Below the pieces are notes generated by a model. That model was not told where the DNA came from. It saw nothing but the letters and a program-made list of their open reading frames with translations, and did not search any database. A program made the translations under genes and the position numbers. 64,000 nucleotides of DNA from Mustelus asterias (taxonomy: Eukaryota), in NCBI RefSeq assembly GCF_964213995.1, contig NC_135806.1:42036001-42100000 (forward strand), read 5' to 3'. Position 1 is the stretch's first letter, and every line of letters starts with the position of its first letter. Positions 37,028 to 49,199 of this stretch are shown here, in pieces.

Positions 37028-39510
37028 AGTAAGAAGTCTCACAACACCAGGTTAAAGTCCAACAGGTTTAGTTGGTAGCGCTGCCCCTTCATCAGGTGAG
37101 TGAAGAATTAGGTTCACAAACAGGGCATATATAGACACAAACTCAATTACAAATAATGATTGGAATGCAAATCTTAACAGGTAATCAAGTCTTTACAGGT
37201 GCAGACAATGCAAGTGGAGAGAGGGTTAAGCACAGGTTAAAGAGGTGTGAATTGTCTCAAGCCAGGACAGTTAGTGAGATTTTGCAAGTCCAAGCAAGTC
37301 GTGAGGGTTACAGATAGTGTGACATGAACCCAAGATCCCGGTTGAGGCCATCCTCATGTGTGCGGAACTTGGCTATCAGTTTCTGCTTGGCAATTCTGCA
37401 TTGTCGTGTGTCTTGAAGGCCACCTTGGAGAACACTTACCCGAAGATCAGAGGCTGAATGCCCTTGACTGCTGAAGTATTCCCTGACAGGAAGGGAACAC
37501 TCCTGCCTGGTGATTGTCGAGCGGTGTTCATTCATTCATTGTCGCAGCGTCTGCATGGTCTCGCCAATGTACCATGCCTCAGGACATCCTTTCCTGCAGC
37601 GTATCAGGTAGACAATGTTGGCCGAGTTGCAAGAGTAGGTACCGTGTACCTGTTGGATGGTGTTCTCACGTGAGATGATGGCATCCACGTCGATGATCCA
37701 GTACATCTTGCAGAGGCTGCTGTGGCAGGGTTATGTGTTGTTGTGGTCACTGTTCTCCTGAAGGCTGGGTAGTTTGCTGCAGACAATGGTAGGTTTGAGG
37801 TTGCGTGGCTGTTTGAAGGAAAGTAGTGGGGCTGTGGGGATGGCCTTGGCGAGATGTTCGTCTTCACCGATGACATGTTGAAGGCTCTGGAGAAGATGTC
37901 ATAGCTTCTCCGCTCCAGGGAAGTACTGGATGACGAAGGGTATTCTGTCCGCCGTGTCCCGTGTTTGCCTTCTGAGGAGGTCAGTGCGGTTTTTCGCTGT
38001 GGCACGTCGGAACTGTCAATCGATGAGTCGAGCATCATATCCTGTTCTTACGGGGGCATCTTTCAGTGTCTGGAGGTGTCTGTTGTGATCCTCCTCATTT
38101 GAGCAGATCCTGTGTATACAGAGGGCTTGTCCATAGGGGATGGCTTCTTTAACGTGTTTAGGGTGGAAGCAGGAGAAGTGGAGCATCGTGAGGTTATCTG
38201 TGGGCTTGCGGTACAGTGAAGTGCGGAGGTGACTGTCCTTGATGGAGATGTGTGTGTCCAAGAATGCAACCAATTCTGGAGAGTAGTCCATGGTGAGTCT
38301 GATGGTGGGATGGAACTTGTTGATGTCATCATATACTTGTTTCAGTGTTCACCGTGAGTCCAAAAGGAAGAAAATGTCATTGATGTATCTAGTGTATTGC
38401 GTCGGTTGAAGGTCCTGTGCAGTGAAGAGGTCTTATTTGAACTTGTGCATGAAGATATTGGCATATTGAGGTGCGAATTTGGTCCCCATGGCTGTTCCAT
38501 GTGTCTGGATGAAGACCTCCTCAGAAGACAAACATGGAACACGGTGGACAGAGTATCCTTTGTCGTCCAGTACTTCCCCAGAGCGGAGAAGCTACGACAT
38601 CTTCTCCGGAGCCTTCAACATGTCATCGATGAAGACATGTTGAACATCTCGCCAAGGCCATCCCCACAACCCCACTACTTGCCTTCAAACAACCGCGCAA
38701 CCTCAAACAGACCATTCTACGCAGTAAACTACTCAGCCTTCAGGAGAACAGTGACCACGACACCACACAACCCTGCCACAGCAACCTCTGCAAGACGTGC
38801 TGGATCATCGACACGGATGCCATCATCTCACGTGAGAACACCATCCAACAGATACATGGCACATACTCTTGCAACTCGGCCAATGCTGTCTGCCTGATAC
38901 GCTGCAGGAAAGGATGTCCTGAGGCATGGTACATTGGTGAGACCATGCAGACACTACAACAACAAATGAATGGACACCACTCGACGATCACCAGGCAGGA
39001 ATGTTCCCTTCCTGTTGAGGAACACCTCAGCAGTCAAGGGCATTGAGCCTCTGATCTTCGGCTAAGTGTTCTTCAAGACACATGACAACGCAGAATCGCT
39101 GAGCAGAAATTGATAGCCAAGTTCCGCACACATGAGGACGGCCTCAACTGGGATCTTGGGTTCATGTCACACAATCTGTAACCCTCACGACTTGCCTGGG
39201 CTTACAAAATCTCACTAACCGTCCTGGCCTGAGACAATTCACATCTCTTTAACCGGTGCTTAACCCTCTCTCCATTCATTGTCTGCAACTGCAAAGACTT
39301 GATTACCTGTTAAGACTCGCATTCCAACCATTATCTTGTAATTGAGTTTGTGTCTATATATGCCCTGTTTGTGAACCCAATTCTTCACTCACCTGATGAA
39401 GGGGCAGTGCTCCGGAAGCTTGTGTTACCAAATAAACATGTTGGACTTTAACCTGGTGCTGTGAGACTTCTTACTGTGTCTACCCCAGTCCAATGCCAGC
39501 ATCTCCACAT
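37028..39510. mobile_element. Large two-armed Penelope-like element D (RT C-terminal part + GIY-YIG)
   Basis: Minus arm: FLDTHISIKD..TSLYRKPTD..LHFSCFHPKHVKEAIPYGQA (RT). GIY-YIG region (WYIGET) in both arms. Arms of ~960 bp (37028-37985 and 38513-39475); tail on the right only; flanks TATGTCTTAA/TATGTTTTAA. Confidence 0.93.
39390..39424 (+). ncRNA. Hammerhead motif with one core substitution (GGAA for GAAA)
   Basis: CAC-CTGATGA-A-GGGGC/AGT/GCTCC-GGAA-GC-TT-GTG. Confidence 0.6.
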
Positions 39511-40299
39511 TATGTTTTAAAAAGAAGGGCTGTTTAAACTTCATCTTTGCATTTTGCATCATCCAAGAACAGCAAACTGCCTCTCCACCAGTTATCAATG
39601 GAGACTGGGAAATGAATTTTAGCTATAGCCCTGAGTGGCACATCATGGAACAACCAGGAAGTTTGGATGGGCTGAATTGTATGTCATTTCTTACACCCTT
39701 CAAAGAGAGTGCTTGAACAATAAAGCTATTGAAACTTTAAAGGGCCCAGATGATTCACATTTTTACTGCTCTGTATTAAAGAGTTATTTTTAAGAAGATA
39801 GAAAATTAACACTAAATGACTTTTTTTAAAAAGCTGTTCTTGCAGATTCTGCTACCTCTTTACTTACTCATTACTTCTGCACAGTGTGTCATGGGTGAAT
39901 GGACATGGAAGTGAGATAACTTGGCATGAAGGTTATGAAGGGGCATAGGGTTTGGTATGATCCCTCATGCCCCTCCTTGGCAGGAGGGGCATGAGGGATC
40001 ATAGAGGCTGGATGGGGACCTCGCCTTGGCACAGGGACCATAGGGGCTGGTGGGGTGTGGGTCTTTACTTTGACATGGGGGGGCATAAGAAGCCATGAGG
40101 GGAAGAGGGGGGGCGGTCTTACATTGGTATGTGGAGGCATAAGTAGGACCTTTTGAACTTAACTTTAAAAGCTCCCCTCACACAGACTATGATTCATGAT
40201 TTATGTGAGGGCGCCAATGAGTCCTTTAATAGCCGACCCAACTGCATGAAAACTGCAGAGGACTAGTCATGTCTGTCCCCACAATGGAGCTAACCAGGT

Positions 40300-43200
40300 C
40301 AAGAGTGCAGGGTGTGGGATATAGATAGTTTAAGTGAATGGACAAAAATTTGACAGATGGAGTATTACATGGAAAGATGTGTGGTTATCCACTTTGGTAG
40401 GAAGAACAGGAAAGCAGATTATTATTTAAATAGAGAGAGATTACAATATGCTGCAGTACAGAGGCACCTGGATGTCCTTCTACATGAATCACAAAAGGTC
40501 AGCATGCAGGTCAGCAAGTAATTAAGAAGACAAGTGGAATGTTAAACTTTATTGCAAGGGGGATAGAATCCTACAGTGCAGAAGGAAGCCACTTGGCCCA
40601 TCGAGTCTGCACCGACCACAATCCCACCAAGGCCCTATCCCCATAATCCCATGCATTTACCCTAAGTAGTCCCCCTGACACTAAGGGGCAATTTAGCATA
40701 GCCGATCTATCTAACCCACACATCTTCGGACTGTGGGAGGAAACCAGAGCATCCGGAAGAAACACACGCAGACACGGACGGGATCCGAGGTGAGGTAGCC
40801 AAATGGATACAAAATTGGCTTGATGACAGAAGACAGGGTGGTTGTAGAGGATTGTGTTGCAAACTGGAGGCCTGTGACCAGCGGTGTGCCTCAGGGATCA
40901 GTACTGGGTCCACTGTTAATTGTCATTTATATTAATGATTTGGATGAGAATTTAGTAGGCATGGTTAGTAAATTTGCAGATGGCATTAAGATTGATAGCA
41001 TAGTGCACAGTGAAGAAGGTTATCTAGGATTGCAACGGGATTTTAGTCAATTGGGCCAGTGGGCTGACGAATGGCAGATGGAGTTTAATTTAGATAAATG
41101 TGAGGTGATGCATTTTGGTAGATTGAACCAGGGCAGGACTTATTCAGTTAATGGTAGGGCGTTGGGGAAAGTTATAGAATAAAGAGATCTAGGGGTACAG
41201 GTTCTTAGCTCCTTGAAAGTGGAGTCACAGGTGGCCAGAATGGTGAAGAAGACATTCGGCATGCTTGGTTTCATTGGTCAGAACATTGAATACAGGAGTT
41301 GGGACATCTTGTTGAAGTTGTACAAGACATTGGTAAGGCCACACTTGGAATACTGTGTACAGTTCTGGTCACCCTATTATAGCAAGGATATTATTAAACT
41401 AGAAAGAGTGGAGAAAAGATATACTAGGATGCTACCGGGACTTGATGGTTTGAGTTATAAGGAGAGGCTGGATAGACTGGGATTTTTTTCCGTGGAGCAT
41501 AGGAGACTTAGGGGTGACCTTATAGAAGTCTGTAAAATAATGAGGGGCATAGATCAGCTAGATAGTCAACATCTTTTCCCAAAGATAGGGGAGTCTAAAA
41601 CCAGAGGACATAGGTTTAAGGTGAGAGGGGAGAGATACAAAAGGGTCCAGAGGGGCTATTTTTTCACACAGAGGGTGGTGAGTATCTGGAACAAACTGCC
41701 AGAGGCAGTAGTAGAAGCGGGTACAATTTTAAATAACATTTAGACAGTTACATGGGTAAGATGGGTATAGAGGGATATAGGCCAAATGCGGGCAACTGGG
41801 ACTAACTTAGTGGTTAAAAAAAACAGCGGCCTGGACAAGTTGGGCCGAAGGGCCTGTTCCTATGCTGTAAACCTCTATGACTCTAATGTGCAAACTCCAC
41901 ACAGACCGTGACCTGAGCCAGGAATTGAACCCAAGTCCCTGATGCTGTGAGGCAGCAGTGCTAACCACTGTGCCACCATGCCACCTCGATGGAGAATAAA
42001 AGTAGAGAAGTCTTGTTACAACTATACAGGGCATTGGTGAACTACACCTAGAGTACTATGTACAGTTTTGATCCCCTAATTAAAGGAGGAATATACTTGC
42101 ACTAGTTCAGAGTAGGTTGTTTCCTGGGATGAAGTGGTAGTCTTATGAAGAATTGTTGGGCCCTGATTCACTGGAGTTCAGATGAATGAAAAGTGATCTT
42201 ATTGAAGTGCTTAAGATTCTATGTGTGCTTAAAAATGGTGGTGTAGTAAATGGCGAGGAGGAAAGCCTTATATTACAGGAGGATATGGACAAACTGGTCA
42301 GATGGGCAGAACAGTGACAAATGGAATTTAACCCTGAAAAGTGTGAGGTGATGCATTTTGGTAGGATTAACAAGACAAGAGAATACACAATGAATAGTTG
42401 GACATTAGGAAGTACAGAATAGCAGAGGGACCTTGGGATACATTTCCATAGATCCCTGAAGTAAGCAGGACAGGCAGATAAGGTAGTTAAGAAGGCATCT
42501 GGGATACTTGCCTTTATTAGCTGAGGCATAGAACAGGGAAGTTTTGATAGAGTTGCATAAAATGTTTGCTATGCCACAGCTGGAAGGGTCCAGTGGTTAG
42601 CACTGCTGCCTCAAAGCGCCAGGGACCCACGTTCAATTCTGGCGTTGGATGACTGTGTGGAGTTTGCACATTCTCCCCGTGTCTGCATGAGTTTCCTCCA
42701 GGTGCTCCAATTTCCTCCCACACTCCAAAGATGTGCGGGTTAGGTTGAATGGCCATGCTAAATTGCCCATTAGTGTCAGGGAGATTAGCAGGGTAAATAT
42801 GTGGGGTTACGGGGATAGAGCCTGGGTGGAATTCTGCTCGTTTAGACTTGATGAGCCACATGGCTCCCTTCTGCATTGTAGGGATTCTATGAATCTATGA
42901 GAATGGTGTGTGCAGTTCTGCTTGCTACAAGATAAGAACAGTAAGAAGTCTCACAACACCAAGTTAAAGTCCAACAGGTTTATTTGGTAGCACGAGCTTT
43001 CAGAGTGCTGTTTCTTCATCACGTGAGTCTCAAGATAGATGCCAAGAGGCTATTTCCCCTCACAGCAGTCTAGGACTAGGGCACAGTTTCAGAATAAATG
43101 ATCCTCTATTTAAGATGGAGATGAGAAGGAATTTCTTCTCTCAGAATGTTAATCATTGGAATTCTCTGCCCCAGAGAGCTGTGGAGGCTGGACATTAAAT

Positions 43201-43370
43201 ATATTAAGGCTGGGTTAGATAGATTTTTGATCTTCAAGGGAGTCAAGGCTTATGATATATAGGCAGGAAAGTGGAGTGGAGTCCATAAACACATTAGCCA
43301 TGATCTAATTGAATAGCAGATCAGGCTCAAGGGGCCAAATTGCCTATTTCTGCCCTGATTTCTTATCCTG
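40300..43370 (+). mobile_element. Nested CR1/SINE cluster
   Basis: Older CR1 pieces are interrupted by an HE1-like SINE (40563-41985, minus), a second SINE (42590-42900) and a Penelope pLTR arm (42939-43030). Confidence 0.8.
40780..41885 (+). mobile_element. Young CR1 LINE 3' fragment inserted inside an HE1-like SINE
   Basis: ORFs 40820..41182 (GVPQGSVLGP, INDLD) and 41213..41743; tail CTCTATGACTCT; SINE halves on either side. Confidence 0.9.
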
Positions 43371-44959
43371 ATCTTTCTCTATGTCACTTTGTACCTAAAG
43401 TAAAAAGTTAAAGTTCATTTATTAGTCACAAGTAGGCTTACATAAACACTGCAATGAAGTTACTGTGAAAATCCCCTAGTCGCCACACTCGGGCACCTGT
43501 TTGGGTATACTGGGGGAGAATTTAGCATAGCCAATTCACCTAACCAGCATGGGAGGAAACCGGAGCACCTGGAGGAAACCCACGCAGACATGGGAAGAAC
43601 GTACAAACTCCACACAGTGACCCAAGCTGGGAATTGAACCCAGGTCCCTGGTGTTGTGAGGCAGCAGTGCTAACCACTGTGCCACCGTGCCAAGATGATG
43701 GAGATTGAGTTGTAATAAATGTATACTAAAACAGTTCCGATGCAACCCAGGATCTGTAAGGGTACTTCCGGAGTTAAGAGCTGCTCGAAAATAATGCCAT
43801 TCTAAATGCGGAAGGTTAAGTCAACTATATAATGTTTACTATTTGGAATAAACCTAGAGGTAGGGGCTTTCTCTTACAAGATTAGGCTTACTTAGACGTA
43901 ATACCGCCTATGATGGTATCACTACAGTCCTGGAAATTCTATATTTTACATGCAAGGATCACAATATATCCAAAAATAACATCTGGGGGCGTCGTTGTTC
44001 TGCTTTGTAATTGACAAGTTTAAGTTTCAATTCTGCTGTTCAAAAACTGTTGATAGGCTTTGAAGATGTTCTGTTTAGCATAGAAGTCTATCGTATAACA
44101 CTGCTTTTTATAGACTATCCCATAAGTACCGTCAGATACTGTCAGAAAACGTTAATGATTCATGGTCTACTTAACAATAAATGTCCCAGTGCTTGCTTAG
44201 AGGAATTTCGGTTTATAATTCTTGAAGAGGTAACTTGGGGAACAGAAAAGGGAAAAGTCGTCCCAAGATTTTGATTCCAGTGTGCTACTACAAAGATTTT
44301 CCTGGTAAGTAATGCCGCAATTATAAAGAAAATCAGTGATTCAAAATACAGAAGAGCTTAGTATTTGCTGTACTCAAGGTAACTATTTAGAATGTTACAA
44401 ATTGGCTTTACTAACAATATTTTAAGTGTTCGGTCAAGCCCCTGAGTATCGTCGAGGAATGGAGTGTACGAAGACCAGAAAGATGATTCGTCTAGAAGAC
44501 CAGTTGACAAGTCTATAACCTGCCAGTATTTGTAACTTGGGTTAAAGCTGGGCAAGATCACTTCTACTTACAATCTCGTACTTCATATTTAGGATCTGGA
44601 TGACAGCAAAGCCATTTGGAATCAATGGCAAGGGAATGACTTTTGAAATTTTCCATGATTTAGGTGCATTTTATCAACTACCCGTGAAAGTGTCTGAATT
44701 GGAGAATTAAGAGCACCTATGACATATTTGTCAGATGGATTAATTGAAAGTGTCAGGTTTTTAGTGTTCACAGCGCACAGGCAGTGCTTTGAATGGATTT
44801 TTAATAACCAATTGATACAATCTGTCAGTGAGTTACATTATGTAACAATGTCCTCTTCCTTTCTGTGTTAAGTGTTCATTGGAGACATCTCTTACCCTGA
44901 GTGTCCTTCTTTGCCTTTTGGAAGCCTCCAGCTCATCTCCCTAACGACCGTGCTGTTGC

Positions 44960-45260
44960 TAGGTGATGTCACCCCCTCCCCCCGGGCTCGGGATGCCGGG
45001 CGGTGGTGGCGGCGGCGGCTGCTTGCGACATTCGGGTGGAGGCAGCCGGCCGGCCAGGCGGCGGCGGAGGACGGAGGCTCAGCTGGCTGCTCTCGGCTGC
45101 CCTCGGAGGCCGATGGAGCGGCAGAAGGCGGCTGGTGGTTGCTGCGGCCAGGCCGGGCCGAGCGGAGAGTGAGAGTCCGCGGACTCGGAGCTCTGCGGGC
45201 GCCATGTGTCGGCCTCACTGAAGAAACAAAAAAAAAGGTGAGTTCGGAGCCCGGTACCGG
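44960..45260 (+). promoter_or_regulatory. FBXO10: FBXO10 CpG island and non-coding exon 1 (donor AAG|GTGAGT after 45237)
   Basis: Non-repetitive CpG/GGC-rich island ~6 kb upstream of the ATG exon, ending in a consensus splice donor; TSS not determinable. Confidence 0.8.
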
Positions 45261-47804
45261 CACTGGGAGAGTTGGTGGATGAACCCCCTCCCGAGCTGGG
45301 TCCTGCTCTGGAATCGGAACAAATGAGTTTACATCATCACATGAGAGAGAGCAAAACAATGTACATTCAAAACAAATCCACAGAAAGATCTTCAATTAAA
45401 TCTACATTTTAAGTGGGAAAGTGTCAGTTATCCCATGCATTTCCTTACAGTGCATCTTTCCTAGCTGAGGTCATGGCAAGTAACCCTATTATCATAGCAT
45501 AATACTGCACAGAAGAGGCCACATGCCCAATACTGGATCTTGGGTAGAGTTATCCAATTAGTCCCACTCTCCTCATCCTTCACAATTTGCAGTGTTTTCC
45601 TTTTTAAGTATTTATTCAATTCCATATTGAAAGTTACTAATGAATCTGTTTCTGCCTCTCTCCCAGGCAGTCCATTCCTAATCACAACTCTGAGTGACCA
45701 ACTCTGATCAAAAATATGGGACACTTCACTGTGTGGGTACTAGTGAAGCCTTGACAGCAGGGCTGACAAACCTATGTGTGGGGTAGTAAAACTTCTAAGA
45801 GCAGGAGGATGCAGGCACTTGACACACCCCAACTCTGACATACATGCTAGGTCTGCACTCCTGCACAGGCCCGAACACAAACTATGAACTTGCCGCCTGA
45901 TGCTTTAAAGAGCCCAAAGTTTTGGGATGAAATGTGTTCTGGGAAAGCCTGATCCAGGATCTGGGATGAAAGGCTGAACTAACCCTCTACCACAGGAAAC
46001 AGTTCCTCCTTCTATTAAAGCCCTTCATGATTTTGAACATTTCTGTCAAATCTCTTCTTAACCTCTATGTTCGAAGGAGAACAATCAGAACTTTGTTCTC
46101 AGAACTTTTCCCGTCTCCAGTCCCTGGTACCATTCCAATAAACCTCTTGTGCATCCTCTCTAAGGCCTTCCCAATCTTTCTAAAGTTTTGTGCCCACACT
46201 ACTTCAGCGGAGGCCAAACCAGTGTTTTATTAAGTGTGACCAAATAATCTTTTCTTCACTTAAAGGACCATGGAAGAAATGAGGTGTTGGATTCAGCCCT
46301 CCAAATTGTGCTGTTTTCACTTTCCCTATTCTAGTAGACAATACGCTGCACAAACACTTCCTCTGGATGTGATGCTAGGCAATTTGATAAGGGGACCCAG
46401 TGAACCTTGGTAACATGAGAAAACCCTTTTAAGTCATTTCAATAATAACAGCTCATCTTTAACAGATGAGCTCATGAACTTTTAACTAAAAGATTGACAG
46501 TAATATTAATGGTGACTGCGTTTCAGAGTAATTCATTGTACATGAAATGTCTTGGGATGTTTTGAGAGATAAGATCATGTGTCGTAAGACATTAAGGCCA
46601 TTAAAGGGATATCTCACACTTTAGTATGGAGTTGTACCAACTGATAGAAGATAACTCAGCTCTAACTCTCCTGATTTGGATGGTTCAGTGTGACACCTTA
46701 CTGTGTGTTTATGGAAAATGCAGCCAATAATTCTGATTGCATTATGGTCCTGTTGCCCTTCTATCTATTTGTGTTTTATTTGCAAACTTTTTGGTTGTTG
46801 TTTGGCAAGGAAAGTTAGTCACTACTCATGTACTTGTGTTAACTTTGCATAGAACCTTGGTTGGAGACGGTTCTGATTTCTATATTACAGAAAGAATATT
46901 GAATGGCACTGGAGGGGGGAGTAAAAATAAGTGCAAGGATGAGACCACAACTGAGACTAAACAGGATGAGGGCTGAGGGGTGACCAAACACAGGTCTTTA
47001 AAAAATATGAAGGGATTCAGTCGAGTAGATGTAGAGAAAGTGGTTCTGTTTCTGGAGAATCCAAAACAGGGATCATAAATATAAAATAGTCATGAATCCA
47101 ATAAAATTTTGGGTGAGAATTCTTCACCTAGAGAGTGATCAGAATGTGAAACTTGCTACAGTGCGGAGTAATTGACATGTAGATATGTTTAAGAGGAAGC
47201 TAGATAAGTACATAAGGAAGAAAATAATCAAAGGTTACGGGCTCGGATTACGCGAAATAGAGTGGGAGGATCCTTGTTTGCAGCATGTTGCGGAATAGAC
47301 CCATTGGTCCAAATGACCGTTAAATAACGTGTTGTAGTAAAGGAGTTACTACATTGGTGCACATTAACCCCTTTAAGACAATGGTAAGAATATCCCATTG
47401 GTTTCAAAGATTTGGGAAATTGGAATCAACAAATGCTGATGTTGAAATGTTGCTGAATTTGTGACTGTACCTCAGTAATACCTGATTCACTATTTTACTC
47501 TTGTTATCTCAATACATTGTTGTTCACACTTGCTTCATCAGTAGATTCTTAATTCCAGATTCTTTATATTGAAATCAAATTCCACCATCTGTCTTGGTGG
47601 GATTTGAACCTGGATCCCCAGAACATTAGCTGAGTTTCTGGATTAATAGTCTAGCGATAATGCCGTCACCTCCCCTATTTGTGAGAAGTGATTGGGTGTG
47701 GTATAAATTCAAGTTAATTATTCTTCATGAAGGAATAAATTGAGCACCTTATCCATTTTAAACTCTCTCCTGCACATCTCCTGGATTACAGGGTCAAAGG
47801 TAGG

Positions 47805-48517
47805 GTTCTGAAGACTATGGAGGAACAGAGAGATCTTGGGGTTCATATCCACAGATCTCTAAAGGTTGCCACTCAAGTGGATAGAGCTGTGAAGAAGGCC
47901 TATAGTGTGTTAGCTTTTATTAACGGGGTTGGAGTTTAAGAGCCGTGGGGTTATGCTGCAACTGTACAGGACCTTGGTGAGACCACATTTGGAATATTGT
48001 GTGCAGTTCTGGTCACCTCACTATAAGAAGGATGTGGAAGCGCTGGAAAGAGTGCAGAGGAGATTTACCAGGATGCTGCCTGGTTTGGAGGGTAGGTCTT
48101 ATGAGGAAAGGTTGAGGGAGCTAGGGCTGTTCTCTCTGGAGCGGAGGAGGCTGAGGGGAGACTTAATAGAGGTTTATAAAATGATGAAGGGGATAGATAG
48201 AGTGAACGTTCAAAGACTATTTCCTCGGGTGGATGGAGCTATTACAAGGGGGCATAACTATAGGGTTCGTGGTGGGAGATACAGGAAGGATATCAGAGGT
48301 AGGTTCTTTACGCAGAGAGTGGTTGGGGTGTGGAATGGACTGCCTGCAGTGATAGTGGAGTCAGACACTTTAGGAACATTTAAGCGGTTATGGGATAGGC
48401 ACATGGAGCACACCAGGATGATAGGGAGTGGGATAGCTTGATCTTGGTTTCAGATAAAGCTCGGCACAACATCGTGGGCCGAAGGGCCTGTTCTGTGCTG
48501 TACTGTTCTATGTTCTA
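47805..48517 (+). mobile_element. Young CR1 LINE 3' fragment (FBXO10 intron 1)
   Basis: Open ORF 47929..48441 ([19 protein letters not shown]); tail TGTTCTATGTTCTAT. Confidence 0.92.
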
Positions 48518-49199
48518 TCTTTTGATCTGTCCAATTATAAACCAAAGACTTGGTTTCTGTCTGTCTGCTAGAGGTGGACGTTAAAGGCCCCTGGCATCTG
48601 AAATAAAAACAGAAAATGCAGGAAAACAACTCCAGCATCTGAAGAAGAGTGGACCATGTTCCTGGTGTTCTGATTACATTCCTTTCTCAACCAATAGCAC
48701 CAGAAAAATATGCCGAATGTTGATAGTTTGGCTACATAACAGCTACTAGTAATTGTGTCTGAAGTCCTTTAAAATCTTTTGATACATTACTTGCCTTTAT
48801 TTAGTTCCTTATGTACCAATATTGCAATTAGATGGGTTAGTGTCAGTCTCTTTGCAGCCTTTTGAATTTTTTGGTATTCCTGTACATTCCAGTTCTTGTT
48901 TAGGTTTTTAATTTGATTTAGTTTATCAGAAAGTCAGTGATGGGAATGAGTGCAGTTCCAGATGAACAATTTAAGCCTTCTTGAAACAGTTTGATTCAGT
49001 TACAGCTGAACAGTTTGGCTTTTTATATAAATGTATTTTGTGCCGCCTTAAGGAGCATCGTTGCCCTGTGAAGGATCTTGCGAGGCTACTAATGAAGGTT
49101 ACCAATGTAGGAAAACTAAGGTTGTTTTTGCATTTTCGTGCACTTCCACTGCTTAGCTAGGAGAGCAGGAAGTTCTCATTTCCTTCCTCAACCAATATA

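Noticed and set aside
44872-45395. Long ORFs on both strands over the FBXO10 CpG island
   Set aside because: Low-complexity GC-driven ORFs; FBXO10 homology begins at the ATG at 51392.
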